A DNA stretch of 64,000 nucleotides, from positions 95,232,001-95,296,000 of the forward strand of contig NC_045696.1 in assembly GCF_009834535.1 (NCBI RefSeq). Reading direction: 5' to 3'. This DNA is from Camelus ferus (taxonomy: Eukaryota). Position numbers and translations under genes: made by a program. Under the pieces are notes generated by a model. The model saw nothing but the letters and a program-made list of their open reading frames with translations. It was not told the DNA's origin and searched no databases. Shown piece by piece: positions 25,167 through 39,604 of this stretch; within the stretch, counting starts at the first letter, position 1, and the number at the start of each line of letters is the position of its first letter.

Positions 25167-26394
25167 AGGCTTTAATATGTTCTATGAAAAAAATTGAACA
25201 CGTTATGCTTTCTCTTCAGTCATTTACATCTGAACATAAAATGTGAAAAACACAATTATAGAGAAGGGTGTAGCTCCCTAAGGGAGCATCAAATGCATTC
25301 TCTTGCTCATGAAAAAATAAAAGTTCCTTTTCTCAACCTAAAATGAACACGTACTCTGTTTTCTTGAATTTTTCATAGATTATTTGACTAATACATCACT
25401 TCAGTGTGCCGGGTGAAATTTTTTCTAGAACTGAGCTTTTTTTTTGTTTTTTTTCCAAAGTACTCTACTAGATTTATATTTTCTTAAAGTCTTCAAACAC
25501 TGTGCTCTTTGAAAAATAACTTTAAAAATATCTTTTGAACTACTCAAGGGGAAGATCATTACAAAGGATCCTTTGACATTCCAAACACTCTAAATACCAC
25601 ATGTTAGAAAGTATTTTAAGTACATCATTGAATGTTCCTGACTGTTTACTCAAGGGATTAATATGGGTTAGACTCTAGCCAGATGACCATAACCAGCCAC
25701 AGGATATAAAATAGTGAAATACTCTATCACTTTTATTACTGTTTTACTAACATAGTGCATGACAAGAATTCAGGACACAGTGCTATTAGTCTTCTGGTGG
25801 CGACCCACAAGATAAAAATTAATGTTTTGTTGAAATTCTATCATGTAGTTCCCAGTCTGTACTCATTTCAATATCAGCCTAAAAAACGAGTGACACATTT
25901 AAAATTTGTTTTTTTGAAAGGATCAGTCTATCATGATGTGACTTGATTCACTGTATAAGATGACCTCATCCTATGATGGATGAAAATTTAAAGTACATAT
26001 TCCTTCATCAGTTGTGGGTAGAATTATCCAGTATATGAGAAGATGCTAAATAGAATATTTAATTAATACATTAATATCGTATACCATTGATTATCCAGAA
26101 ATAGTATGATTTAATATCAACGAAATCTATGAAGATTTTGAGTATACTTAAGATGAAAGACAGTAGTTGCTAAGAAACAATAGGATATTTTAATCAGAGA
26201 AGATTATCTGAACTAAAAAGCACAGGAGAGTACCAGTCCTCTAAATTCCCCTCTTCCTCCCGTTGTACATTCTCTTCTGCCCTCAAAGAGAACTAGGGAG
26301 CACCGTATTTATTTAAGGCAACAATGGCTCTTAAAGGACTTAAACTAAAAAAGGTCTAAATACAAGAAGGAGCTATATTACTGGGGAAAAAAGC

Positions 26395-26450
26395 ATATAA
26401 TATATATATATATTACATATACATATACATACACACACACATATATAAAT
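26395..26450. repeat. (TA)n/(CA)n simple repeat
   Basis: atataatatatatatatattacatatacatatacatacacacacacatatata. Confidence 0.85.
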
Positions 26451-28759
26451 ATCTTACGAATTCATTTTTTAAAAAAACCTGAAACTATTTGTCTTTCACA
26501 TTGCAACAAAGATGCAAATCACATCTCAAACAGAACAAATAAGACTTCTCTTTCTGAGATTTCTACTAAAGATAGGCAACCTCTCTTGCATTACATAAAA
26601 CGCATAAATAATTCTGAAAATTATGCCATCATTATTTGATCTTCCTTTCAGGCCTAAAGAGTAAACAGTAATTATCTAAGTAAGTTCTACGAGAACATGC
26701 CCACTAACGAATCAAATCTGCAAGCAATGCTCAGATCAATGACTGGCCAACTGAGGACAACAACCTACCTGATGGTACAAAGTTTGGAATTATAAACTCC
26801 TGGCAGCATAGGTTCATACAATTAGACATTTCCAAAGCAACACAAAAGAATGCCTGTTTTATTAAGCAAGAATGTCCTCTGCAGATTTAGATTTCACGTT
26901 TCAAAATCAAAAGTTGTAAAGCCATCATCACGAACTCCACACCTGCCAGCGAATGTTGTAAACAACCTGCTTCAGTGGCCATCTGAGTTGGTTCAACAAC
27001 AGTACCGTATCAGGCTGTTTGAAAGAATGTTAAACACTGTGACTGTAATCTACTTGTTGTTTAGTTTCTTTTTCTAAAATATGTTGTTCAGAGGGTATTG
27101 TCACGATGTTCTGTCGTTGTTAAATTGACAACAAAGTGTGATTTTTTTTCTTAAAATGTAACTTCTAAAACTCAACTTGAATTTTGTTGAGATTCTTTTC
27201 AAACTGTACATTTATATTTTCAATTATTTTTGTGTAATTCTCTAGCCAGGTAAAAACCCAGGAGCAATATTCTTTGGGGATTAAGGGTTTTTTATATATG
27301 AAAAAGACTTTTTAAAAGTTTTTGATATACCCTAATATATGCATAAAAAGAATAATGACTGGTAGCTTCTTCTCCGAGAAGTATTTCCTCCAGGCAGAGT
27401 TTGCTGTAGCCTATCTCCACCTACCTCCCTCTCCCAAATGTAATTTTTCTTAAAATAAAACATTTTAAACTTCTGTTGTACACTAAGCATATGGGGTCTG
27501 TAATCAGATACAAATTATTTAAATTTTATATTTTGAAAACTAACATGAAAATGTGAGTCACTTTGTTCCAAAATAACTAACACAGGTTACAAAGTCAAAC
27601 CCTCATTTAATCTAAATCTGTAATAAATCTAATAAATAGTAAATCTCAAACTCCCTTCAACAGGATGGGTTTTACTTAGGGGCGAGGGAAGGTGAAATTG
27701 TTAATTCTCTTAGTCACAGATTAAAGGTACACTCTCCAAATTAATTTTTGTTAGGTGTTATTTTTCCAACACGACAGTAACATAGTTTTCAAGGCAAAAG
27801 GACCCTGAAATATATCACAACACATGTACGTTCTGAAAAGTGTTCTTCCCTCTCTCGGTTTCAGTATCAATACAATGCAGAAGCGCCCAGAGGGTTCCTC
27901 CAAAAACAGCCAGAGTGTGGCCACTTGGGAATTAGCTGCACGACAGCCATTCCACAGGGATAACAAATCTTTGTTGATCTTGTTACAATGGCTCCTTTAC
28001 ATCAGCTCATCTAATCTAATTTAATGTATTCTCTATTCATGAAACAGTATTTCTCTATAACCAAAGTTTTCAGATGTTTGCTATTTTCAGAGTACGTTCT
28101 GGCTCTGTACAGGGCGTATAAACAGCTCGTAAGCTGCGGAGGGTCACAGACACCCCTCTATGCTATGGACTAGCTCTCCAGAAACTGCACATGTAGAATT
28201 AACATAAAATATTAGGGCCCTTGAATACTGGCACTCAAACTGTGAACTCCTTCAGGAGTTCTGTGAACTCTGTGCAACTTCCCGGTTTAAGGTAGAATCC
28301 AAGCTCCACTGGTTGCAGAAAATAGCACTCGTCTTAAGAATCCAAAAAGCAAGTCCGTCTGCACAAAATCATTCTCTGCAAGCAGTCTGATGGAGAGGTT
28401 TTAGTGGGTTATAGAGAGATTTTAGAGAAATTTTGGTGGAAACATCTATCAAAACAAAACGCTAGTACTACCTTCCAAGAGAGCCCTTGTCTCATGCACC
28501 TCTTGAGTCCGGAGATGAGATCAAGCAGGTCTCCTCTTCTCCCAGTTGTGAGACTAGAAGGATGGCCCCACTCTCTCTCAGGTGAGACCCACTCCTCCAA
28601 AGAGATGTTATGGGGGACCAACAATACATGGAAAACCCTGACTAAGTATGGAATGATATACAACGTAAATTAGCATTATAGCACTAAGAATGCTATGACA
28701 AAAAAAACAAAGTTTCAAAAAGTGTCAGGGTAACAAAATCTGAATTTAAGAGGTAAGAA

Positions 28760-28934
28760 GGGGAGAAGGTATAGTTCAAGTGGCAGAGTGCATGCTTAGC
28801 ACGCATGAGGTCCTGAGTTCAATCCCCAGCATCTCCTCCAAAAGTAAATAAACCTAATTAGCACCCCCCACCAAAATAAAATAAATAATACAATAATAAA
28901 TAAATAAAATTAAAAAAATAAAATAAGAAAAATA
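28760..28934 (+). mobile_element. Camelid-type tRNA-derived SINE
   Basis: ggggagaaggtatagttcaagtggcagagtgcatgcttagcacgcatgaggtcctgagttcaatccccagc, followed by an A-rich tail. taagag occurs on both flanks. Confidence 0.92.
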
Positions 28935-31900
28935 AGAGCTCGCCCCTGCCTAACGTAATAAGAGGAGATAACAGAACACGAAGGGCACCTGTCCAACTCC
29001 CACTTATATTGTCATTAAGGACTAGTACCTTTAAACTAAAAAGCATGAACGTAGGAACGCTAAAATGCAGCCTGCCTACTTGCCTGAGATACACATCCAG
29101 TAACATCCATGGATAGGAGAAGTACTACAAAAATGAGAAAGAGCCTCTAAAAAAACACATTTTCCCACTTATTCTGGATTTTCAAAGTTTCATTTTCTTT
29201 TTCATACTTCAAATTACTTGAAGCTTTAGGAAAGGGGTAGGAAAGTCTCACTGCCATTATTTCTCTAGGTCTTCTTACTAACACAATGTATCATTTTCCC
29301 AGCTTTTGTTCCTTCTTAAAAATGTTACGTGGCCTAACACATCACAGCAAGGGACAAGGATTCTATCATAGATGCAAAACAGTCTTACAGTTGTGATTCC
29401 ACAGTATGATTTTAGGAAAGAAAAATGTTTCCTTTCCCTTAATCAGTCACTGTCTGAGTGGCATTCAGCTTAACTTCTCTGTGAGACAAACAGGGTAAGA
29501 GCTGTCAGCTAGTTTTCCACTTGACTCTTTCTACTGCCCAGTGGGTTTAAAGGCAAACTATTTCATACTTGTATTTGCTTACTTGATTAAACATTACCAC
29601 CTCTGCTTGCTAAACAAGTCTAAATATATCTTCCTTAGGTCACTAAGGAGCGTGTTATGACTGCTTAGTTACACGAAGGTTGTTTCTAAATCAATTGACA
29701 AATATACCAAATACCTAATATGTCCCTGGCCTCAAAAAATATGATCCCTGTACTGAAGCAGGAGAGGGTATCAAAAGAGCAGTTGAAAACAAAGTAATAA
29801 GTCAATCAAGTAACTGTTTGACATCAAATAACGAACCTCTTCAACCTCTTCGACTCTGCTATTTAGCTTGCAAAGTTAAGCGTTTTAGAGGAACACAAAC
29901 TTTAGTCTTTTCTCACCCAACTTACAGTGCTAAACTAGATCACATTTTTTAATCAGAGAGACAACAACACACCTTTACATAGTAACACATGAGAAAATAA
30001 ACATGTGAATGGAAAGAATAATTATTTGCATATTAAATTAAGACCAGTTTTCACAGAAATATGAATGTAGAAAAGTAAAATAAGATTAAATTTTGCTATT
30101 AAATACACTACATCATCTCCAAAGTGAATTTTCCGATAAATGATTTTCTAGTAAACAGCACAGGACATATTTCCTTATTCTACTCTGCTATAATACTTCA
30201 GTAAGTAGCCAATCAAAATGTCATCATCTTTTTACAGTGTATTAAAGTTTTAAATGTTCAAACTATAGACATGAATTTTTCTTAAGAAAATAGTATGCAT
30301 TTATGGGTAGAATTTGCTTTTATTTTTATTTTCCAGCAAATAAAGATACTTACTAATTCAGTGTGCCCTGAGCTTTTCCTATGTCCAGCCTAAAGTATAT
30401 GGTACATGTGAAGTACATAGCTCTAGTTAGGAAATTTACAAACTTCTGCTACCTTCACATATACCCATATTTGCACATATTTTCCCAAATCCAGCTGTGT
30501 TCAACTTTCAATCCATGCTTTCTTACTAATAATTTTTAATATTGGCAGAGTTTAGAGCTGCCTTTTATGTAAATGCAATGTAAATATAAAACTTATTATA
30601 GTAAAAATATCTGTTATAAAATCTTAGTTTGGGAAAAAAATGTATGATTTTTGCCATTTGGATTTGTCTAAAACCTAGGAAGTATTTTCTGACACAAAGC
30701 CAGTTTATTTTCTCTTACCCCCAACCCTTGTTTTATTTACTGAGTACTTCTCAAATGCTCTGGTATATATATATATTTAATATCTTAAAAAAATCTTAAC
30801 TTGGAATTTGCTTATTAATATCTTGATTATTCAGAGTCTTCCTGGGTGATGCCAAACAAAAACACCAATATTCAGAAGGAAAAAATTGTACTCAATGCTT
30901 AGAGAAATATGCAATAGAATATATACACATTTAAAGTGCATAAACACTCATAAATTATTAAAAATAAACCCAATACAGGAAAACGTAAAAGCCATACTAA
31001 AATGCAGCATGTGAAAATGTAGCAACTTCTACATAAAGGGCTTAATATAATGTATTAACATATCAGAAATACTACTTATTCAAGCTCACAATACTCAGAG
31101 TATGTTTAGCCAAGCCTTTGGGGGCAAGGATGATAAGGCAAAAGCTATAAAACCTCTTTCAAAATCTCTTTCGAGGCTTATACCTAGTAATCAATTAACA
31201 ATCTGAACTTTCTTCCATCCATGTTCGTGGTTTCCTGTCCCTTGTCTTCTCTCCTTTCTGTCTGGTTCAGTGCCAGTTAAACCTGAAGACCTACGGAGTT
31301 TAGACAAGAGAAGAGTCCAACTTGAGCAAGTTTGGAAGGTAAGGAGAGTGTCAGCTTCTTAAATTATCCCACTTTCTTTCTTCCGCTAATCATTTCAGGC
31401 ACTGTATTTTAGGCATTCAAGGACCAATATGTTCTACAACTGTTAATGTTGGATTCTGTGGGCACTTCCTATTTTTATACTTTCTGACGCATCTTTTAAA
31501 CTTCAAATCTCTAACAAAAGGAGACTTCTCAAACACAGAGAACATAGTAAGTGATGAATCGTATAGGAAAATTTCTTGATCTCAGGGTTATACAACCTAA
31601 AATGTACCACTGAACAACAGTATAAAAATCTTCACGCCTAGAAATCTTTAAGAAGAGAGCTTTGTGGTTTAGAAATATAAACTCATCCAGGTTGGGAATA
31701 GCTGTCTGTGGGTTTAAGCTATTTTATTTTTAGGAATTATACCTATTTAGAAGAATTTTAAATGGGTAAATAAAATTATACCTATTAACCTTTTAATTGC
31801 CTGATAGTCTAAGCATCCTTGTCATTGGACTCAGTCTGTGTCAAGGAAATTACAGTCCTTCACCAACTGAAAGGGAGCAGAGGAGGGTACTTCAACCCAT

Positions 31901-33233
31901 CTTCATCGGACTCTTTGACAAAAACAAACAAAGCCAAAATAAAACAAATTTAAAAACCTCAAAACAATCAGAAAACAAAACAAACAAACAAAGAAACAAA
32001 CAAAAACCTCAACCATCCCATTACAACCTCCTGGTTCTTCTCTGCTTATTTGTAGCAATTATTAAAATGTCATTTAGAAAACCTGTGTTCCAGTCAATCT
32101 AATGAAGACAATTCTGAGCAATACGGAATGATCCCACAAGAGGAAACTACATCTTGCCAAAAATATACAGCACAATCAAAACAAAGTTTAAAAGAAAAGC
32201 TGAAATGATTTTAATATTTAAGCCTCTAAGAAGAGCCATTTTCTTATGCATCCACAGCTGGTTTCTACTGCCAAGGAAAATGCTGTAATTAGCCAATATT
32301 AATGATTACCAGTTAGTGAAAGATAATATATTTTGATAAAAAGTTTCAGAAATAGCCATATTCACAGTAAGGAGAGAGCTACATGATAGGAATTCCTGTT
32401 TCAGTGGACATTCTGTCAATTTGCTATGGTCTTCAACAGAAAAACTCGAGGTAAATTATCAGAAGTGTCAGTGGCAACCTCCTATACAAGTTTTTCTATT
32501 GAATTGCCATTGTTCGCAACCTAGTTTTAAGTTATTCAGTATATGTTAAACATGCAGGATAATCATATTATAAACCAAAATACAGTTGACATTTAGTCTA
32601 CTACAAACACACATTTTTAAAACTACTCGAATGATGATGTAACACAGTACTTTGCGTATGATTTCTCAATACTACTGGAATTATGAGAAGCTTCCACATT
32701 TTTCAAAGAAGAAATTTTTCACAGGAAAAAGCAATGATACAGGTACATTTTAAAATAGTTTTGCAAAATGCTGTCTAGTTATTATATAAATATCAGGTAG
32801 GAATATACCGTTAAATGTTTAAGTAAATTTGGAGAGGTAACAGCATTAAAAACAAGCATTATGTTATAGCTATTTCCTAATGGTTTAGCTGTCATAAAAC
32901 AGAACACTTAAAATGGACAAATATTATAGGAATGCGTAGACTTCTGCCTCTCATTTGGAGAGCAAAAGCAGATAAAATATTCTTAAAATACTCTGTCCTT
33001 GTTCCCAGAATTTGGCAGCTGCACATTTTATCAGACAATAAACTAACTGATAGTCCTGATTTTAAAGGAAATTTATGGCACTGTAGAAGATATTTAATTT
33101 ATTCAATGTTAAATAATTCTAAACAAGTAACTGCCAAAGATTCTGAATCATGAATGTGACCTCCAAATACACGGAGGTGTATCATAGCTTAAGTTTTATT
33201 TCCATCAATAATTTCTCTTTGGACACATGCTGA

Positions 33234-33474
33234 CAACCAACATTTATCTTCATGTAATGTGTGCTAAATACTGTTCTAAGTGCTTAGTATGTACTCGCTC
33301 ATTTAAGCCCTTATAACCCCTGTTCGGTAGGTACTGTTAATGCCCCCAAATAAAAGACGATGAAACTGAAATATAAACAGGTTAAGTAATTAGCTAACAG
33401 TCATGTGGCTGATATGTGCAGGTGTCAGAGTTTGAACTTCTTCACTTGGGTTCTGTGACCACTCTGCTAGCCAC
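33234..33474 (-). mobile_element. MIR, near full length
   Basis: aacatttat...tactgttctaagtgctt...gatgaaactgaaa...aggttaagtaattagctaacagtca...tttgaac. Confidence 0.85.
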
Positions 33475-36164
33475 GGTGCCTCACCAGCTACAAGTTCAAG
33501 TCTCTGCAGATGGTCTCTTGCCAGTGAGAGTAGCAGGTTCTTTCAAATCAATGCAGATTCAGAGGCTCTCATAAAAACAAAGACCTGGCCAATCTAATGT
33601 TTAAAAGCATCAAATCTGAACACAATTCTATTAAAACCAGTAGATGTCATCTTATCAAAAAGGAAGACGCCTTTGAGGAAAGGAATGAATATAACCATTA
33701 TTAATAGCTTCTTACTCACAGTGTAAATCTTTCAGCTACTTGGCAGGGCCTCACTGTTATTGCTGTATTTTTCTCACTGCCATGGTTTTTGGGTTTTGTT
33801 TTAAAGTAGCAGGAAGTTGGCAAATGACTCACCCACCACAACCCCTACCCCAAATCACATTTTGAGTCTAGGGAAAGAGAGGAAAAGGGAAGATAAGGGA
33901 AAAAAGGAAGTGAGGAACAGGGAAACAAACATAACCAGGAAAAAACGGGGAACCGAAGCGGGATGCAGACCTGAGGGTGGAGCAGCAGAGCCAGAGTTCT
34001 CCAAGAAGACATTCAGGGCTGCACCCCTCTGATCATCTGCTAAGAGGTGTAACTGGGGTAAATCATATGATGCTTCTGTATTCTTCACACAAGCTCTTAC
34101 TCCTAAAAACTCACTCTTTGCCAGCAAAGTGTTGTTTTAGATTCCTGGGGGTTGAGCTCTCCTCTCAGCTAGAACTAATATATGATCATCTACATAACAA
34201 TTTGACAAGTGGAAAGTTTCCAACAACTATTAGTCAGCAAGTCTTATCTGCCATAAACATTTCATTCTGCTTCTGAAACAGCTTCATATTTCAGGCATGA
34301 ACCGCAAATAACAACACTTTCAAAGAAACTCCAATTTAAGAGATTCCAACTAAAAAGGCAGAACTATATCACTATATTAAAACAAAAGATTGAAATAGAG
34401 ATAAACAATTAAGGTGTGATTTAATTTATAGTCCTCCAAGACATCTGAGTCAAATATTTGTATGCATCTGAACAGTTTAACAGACTACAGTCTTAAGGAA
34501 AAAAGCCTACATTTTAAATTTTAAATATTTTAGTCAATTTAAAAATTGTTTCTGAAATGTAAAAGAACTCCATAAAATATGATTCCATATTACACTTCAA
34601 ACTACTAAATTATGAATATGTTGATGTATCCTGTAGCAAGAATATAAAAATACGTAGAAATATCTCTAGGAAACAAGAGACTGACATCTAAACTTAGATT
34701 TTCTGAAGTCTGAGGGGAAATAATTGTGGTTAACATTGCACTGCAAATGTTTCTTACCCCTGTTAAATTATACCACAGTATGAACTTGTTGGAAAATATT
34801 CCTTTCAGGATTCGAGAAATATATGGAAATTTGAGTACGAGGTCTCTATTATTATAATTATTATTTATTTTTGTGAATTCATTACCCAGAATGTTGTAAA
34901 TATTTGTATGTGTAATTCAACAGTAATCAGTGGTGTTTATCTTGACTAACTGATAATCTACATACTGCAGTGCATTAATGATTTCAATGGAATTAATCTT
35001 CAGTTCTCTACACTTCATTGTGAGAAGAGCTAAAAACAGGTTGCCAAGAGGAGCCTTATAGCATCAAAGCTTTACTTGAGGAAGAAAAATAATTCCTTTG
35101 GGGGCAAACTATCTTCATGCACTGCAGAATACAACTATTCTCAGAAGGAGCTAATAACCTCCACGTGTTAAAATGTACATATCTAAAAGATACTTCTTTG
35201 TCATATAAATAAGATATAAGAATAACAGACACGTTCCAAGAAATAACGTGATGAAGTCAATTCTTTGTCCATGGAAAAAATAATTGCTCCCACTTCACAA
35301 GTCCTCTTTTGACCTATGAGAACGCAAAGAAAGGATCTGTGGGTGGTGGGTGGAGATGATGGGGTGGCAATCTGCCTTGTTAATACTTCCAACATCCCTG
35401 AAGACCTTCTCTATTTTTTCCAATTACTTTTCCATGTTCAAATACACACTGAACACTTTCTTCTTGTCTGGTAAGGTTTATGTAGATTATTCCACAAGTA
35501 ATACATCAATTTCACTTTCCTGGCAATCACACCCGTGCCGGTTTTCAGCTGGCTTCCTTTGACTGCAATTTGACACCCGGGTTTGAATGGTCATGCCATG
35601 TAAGGGAAATGCCAAGGCAAATCTGTCAGCTCTACGGGTTAAAGCCACTCTAGTGTGGCTACTTAATGATTTATAACAGAGCTGGGAAGTGGCCACTTGC
35701 AGGGCTGCTGGGAGACGCTGGTGGCTGACACTGATTACAGAAGGAGGTACAGATGTTTTCCAGCTGAAGCTGCCTCAGAGCATTTTGTTTTCATCAGACC
35801 TGCATGTGCCCATTATCCAAATAATGAAAATGGTCCTTCTCTTTCCAACCCCCTCTTCTTATAAAAACAAAAACTAAAACTAAACATGTCTTTCAATGGA
35901 CTTTTAAATATTGGGTAATTTTCAAATAATAAATCACTGTACATAGTAAATTTAAAATAAAGGCTGACTTGACAAGTGCTGTTTCTATAGCTGGTCTAGT
36001 CTTCTATTTTATGGTTATCTTTAACCTTAAATGTTTTTACAGAAGAAGAGAGAAAAGAGATTCTCATTTTTTAAAAAGTCTTTCTATGTAAAAGATGCAT
36101 ATTAAAACATTTACACAAGAAATGATATTCGAGCCCACCACCCACCACGACGCCCCCCAAAAAG

Positions 36165-36287
36165 TGGAAGGATAGAAGCAACAAGATTAACAAATATTGG
36201 AAACTGCTGACACCGGATTATGATATATTATACTATCCTCTCCACTTCTGTATATGCTCGGAAATCTTCATTTAAAAAACTTAGTTA
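36165..36287 (+). mobile_element. Old L1M (L1ME-like) 3' terminus
   Basis: ttatactatcctctccacttctgtatatgctcggaaatcttcatttaaaaaactt resembles the L1ME 3' end. Confidence 0.6.
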
Positions 36288-39200
36288 GAAATAAACATGG
36301 AGTTCTGCATTAAATCACTACTTTCCCTAAATCAACCAAATCACTTTAGCATTATTTTAGTCTATCTTTGCTACCTCGAACTATTAATGTCTAATATTCT
36401 GCGAACTATTACTTGACCATTAATGAAGAGCAAATGAGATGATCTATATAGAAAATCTGTCTTAATTCACCATCCAAAATAACTGACATTAATAAGCAAT
36501 TATTTTGATGCCCTTCATTTTCATAAGGAATGGTAAAGCCACCAAGGATGACTGGCACTTCCTAATGGCTGTGATAGTGCTTCCTCATCATGCCGACGTG
36601 TTTAAATTTCAGTCTTGCACCTGTCATAGTCTATCCTCCCAAAGCATCACACTGCTGCATTTCCAAAATGTAACAATAAACTGAAAGAGTCTTTCATTAA
36701 TCTTCCAACGTGGACCACTTAAAAGTAAGTGAAGCATTATAGCCGAATTCAGTTAAATTTTCCATAACATCTACATTCAAATGGAAATGTATCTGCCAGC
36801 TTATTAGGTGCTGAGGATATTACATTTATACTCTGCAGAGCTCGGCAAGATGACTCACGCAGCAAAAGAAGAAGAAAAATGGGCTGAAATGGAGTAAAAT
36901 TAAGTGCTATCAAAATCAACTGGTAAAAATTACATGGGATAAAAGATGTGTACTTTCTCTAAAAATTTTGTCTTGAAATCAGAGATACATTGGTCGATTA
37001 AGACCAGAATAAGACGCTTCTGATGGCAATTAAATTCAAGGTTGGAAAGTTGTTACTCGGTTTTCAAATAGCAACAAACCCTCTGGCTAAGATTATAAAC
37101 CTAGTTAACATTTTTCAGCTCCACTGTGGTCACTGAGACCACTCCTCTTCGTCGTCTTCTTTTTGAATTTTGCAGTTGATAAATAATTGTGGAATCTTTG
37201 ACTTGGAATAGCATTTAGAAATAGTGTTAATTAACCACCTAATTTCACAGTTAAAGAAATGGAAGGCTTGCTCATGGAATGTCAGTCTTGTCTTCCTCCT
37301 AGGTTGTAGCAAATTTAGCATTCTTTCACATGTTTGTCCTGGCACAGGCTGCTTTGTTTACACTTTTGAAAGATTCCTTTATATCTGAGTCCAAACATTT
37401 ACCTCCCTCCCTCCCCCTGCTCTTTCTCTATATACACATGTACATACAGATCATGTATTTGTTATAGAGATATCTTGCTCTTTTAAGCTAGTAAAATATC
37501 TCAGAAGAGAAAAAGTCCCTAAAAATAATCTTGGAAGTTCCAGGAAAAAAAAAAAACCTGCATAAACTTTCAGCTTATTAAAAGATGTTTATAATTGTAT
37601 AATTAACAGAATTGTTTAATTAAAATGATGTAGCTCTGTTATGCCAACCTCAAGGCTGCATCAGTTGTTTACAAACCTTTGTTAAGACAAAGTAAAGTTA
37701 AGCAATGGTTCCTTAATTCTATTTTCAAATTCTATTTCTATCTTTTTGAAAAAAAATTAACAGTTTAACATCACCAACTTAGTCGGTAGTATATCTTTTG
37801 AGCTATCTCTGTATTAGTTAGGGAAGATGAACTGAGCTTAAATTTAAGGCTCAATTACATTCATCCAATTTGAGGTATCAAAACTTGAAAATGAAAGGCT
37901 TTAAGACATCAGAGAGAATGAATGATGACAGTATTAATAAATGAGTTACTTTGCCTTGTGAAGCAATGTGAAAATAGCAAACATTCAACCATTTTATTTC
38001 TTTGTTCGCTGAGACTTGAAAAGATTAAGTCATGCTATAATTTCTCATTAGTTCACCAAGTAATGAAAGGAACTACAAAACTATTAAATCTATCAGAAAA
38101 TTGTTTGGGCCACATATCCATTTTACTTTCAAAACTTACAAACTGCTAAACAGTACAGTTTTTGGATTACTCTTCAGGAAGTTTATCTCAACATGTATTT
38201 TATGGGTGTTAAGTTAACTAAAGATATGACATGCATGTATTGTAAATCCCTAGTATAGTAGAATGCTTTCTAAACAAGCTGCCTACAACCATCCTAAATT
38301 CAGTGGTAGAGATGTAGTGACTGGTATCATCTGAAGAACTTCCCAAAAGAGGGGTTGGTTATAAAAAGCTGAACTCAGACTATTCACGGAAGACAGTTCA
38401 GTGTTCAGGTAGCGCAGTCCATTTCCACGGAGCTGCTAACACATTTGCAGCCAAGCTCCTAACACGGTCCGCCCTGGATCTTTACTTACAACTTCAAAAG
38501 TAGTTATGCCAAGAAAAAGGCAGGAGAAGTCACTAAATAACAAACTGGATTCCTTTTCACCACTGTAACAGCAGATCACTTTCTGTTCTTTTGCAATCTT
38601 TCTCACCGTGTTTGATTGACTTTTTTCCCTCACAGGTTGAAAGCTTTTGTCAAAACTAGACAACTAGTTTAAAATATCTTATGAGAAGCTAAATCATGTT
38701 GGTAGGACTAAGTTCAGAAAACAGTCTGTTATAAATGTGTTCCAAAAAAAAAGTTTTAAGATACTTAGATTTTTACTTCCGAATTACATCTGTTCACTAA
38801 TGGGTCACTTCAGGCCATAAATACATAATGCACTTAAAGCTTTTCTTTTCACAATTCAGAGGACATATCTGGTTAATATATGATCTGGGATGTCAGGTAG
38901 GTTTCAACTTCCACATCAATTCATACTGGAGGTGAATTTCTGGAGTGATAGTAGGCATGCAATGAATTTATCCTTCCTGACCTCGGCCATGCTGTACATA
39001 TGCTAGACATGTAAAAGCATGCAGTGCTTGACTAGAAATCACAAAGGGGACATTGTCTCCTTGCAAGTGATCTCTTGCTGAGATAACAAAAACACAAAGT
39101 TATTGTAAGTCACACTATAGAGACATTGTACACAGATGTCTCTGGTCGTAAGTAATTTTAAACATAAAAAAATTCTAAAAAAAGATGATATTATGGTCTG

Positions 39201-39604
39201 TTATCAATTATATAACTTTAGTGATCAAATTAGAGAAAGAAGGAACTCTATTCCAGGAGTTATCCATGAAGAGTTAGGGCATTTTGAATTTAAAATACAT
39301 TGTGGGAATAGGAAAAAAAAAAAATCACCTGACAGATACTCTCTTTATAGCAAAGGTTTCAATGGAATGTAGCTACTGTATCAACACAGGTTAAGTTCCC
39401 CAGGGCCATGAGCCATGTGATAGGTGACTCTCATGCTTGATTATAATTCAGAAAACGCATGAAACAGAATGAAATGTGAAGGTGATGTAGTGAAGACTAT
39501 TATCTGCAAAGCGCAGGAACTGACGTGTTTTCTTCAGTGCGAAGTATCTGGTACATTTTAGATGCTTGCTGAATATATTCAGTTAAAAAAAATTGTAGCA
39601 TTTA

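Noticed and set aside
26941-27040. 72-nt in-frame minus-strand exon candidate (PDTVLLLNQLRWPLKQVVYNIRWQ)
   Set aside because: The donor (GTGTGG) is weak, and the exon gives an immediate stop in the phase-1 context of the upstream exon.
9657-28934. Inverted SINE pair (9.7 kb minus versus 28.8, 43.9 and 62.6 kb plus) as a dsRNA or back-splicing element
   Set aside because: The copies are short, diverged and at least 19 kb apart, and they do not flank a supported exon.
37920-38015. C/D box-like pairs (RTGATGA...CTGA) here and near 44417, 57152, 60331 and 63876
   Set aside because: None has a convincing terminal stem or D'/C' boxes, and these short motifs are common by chance.
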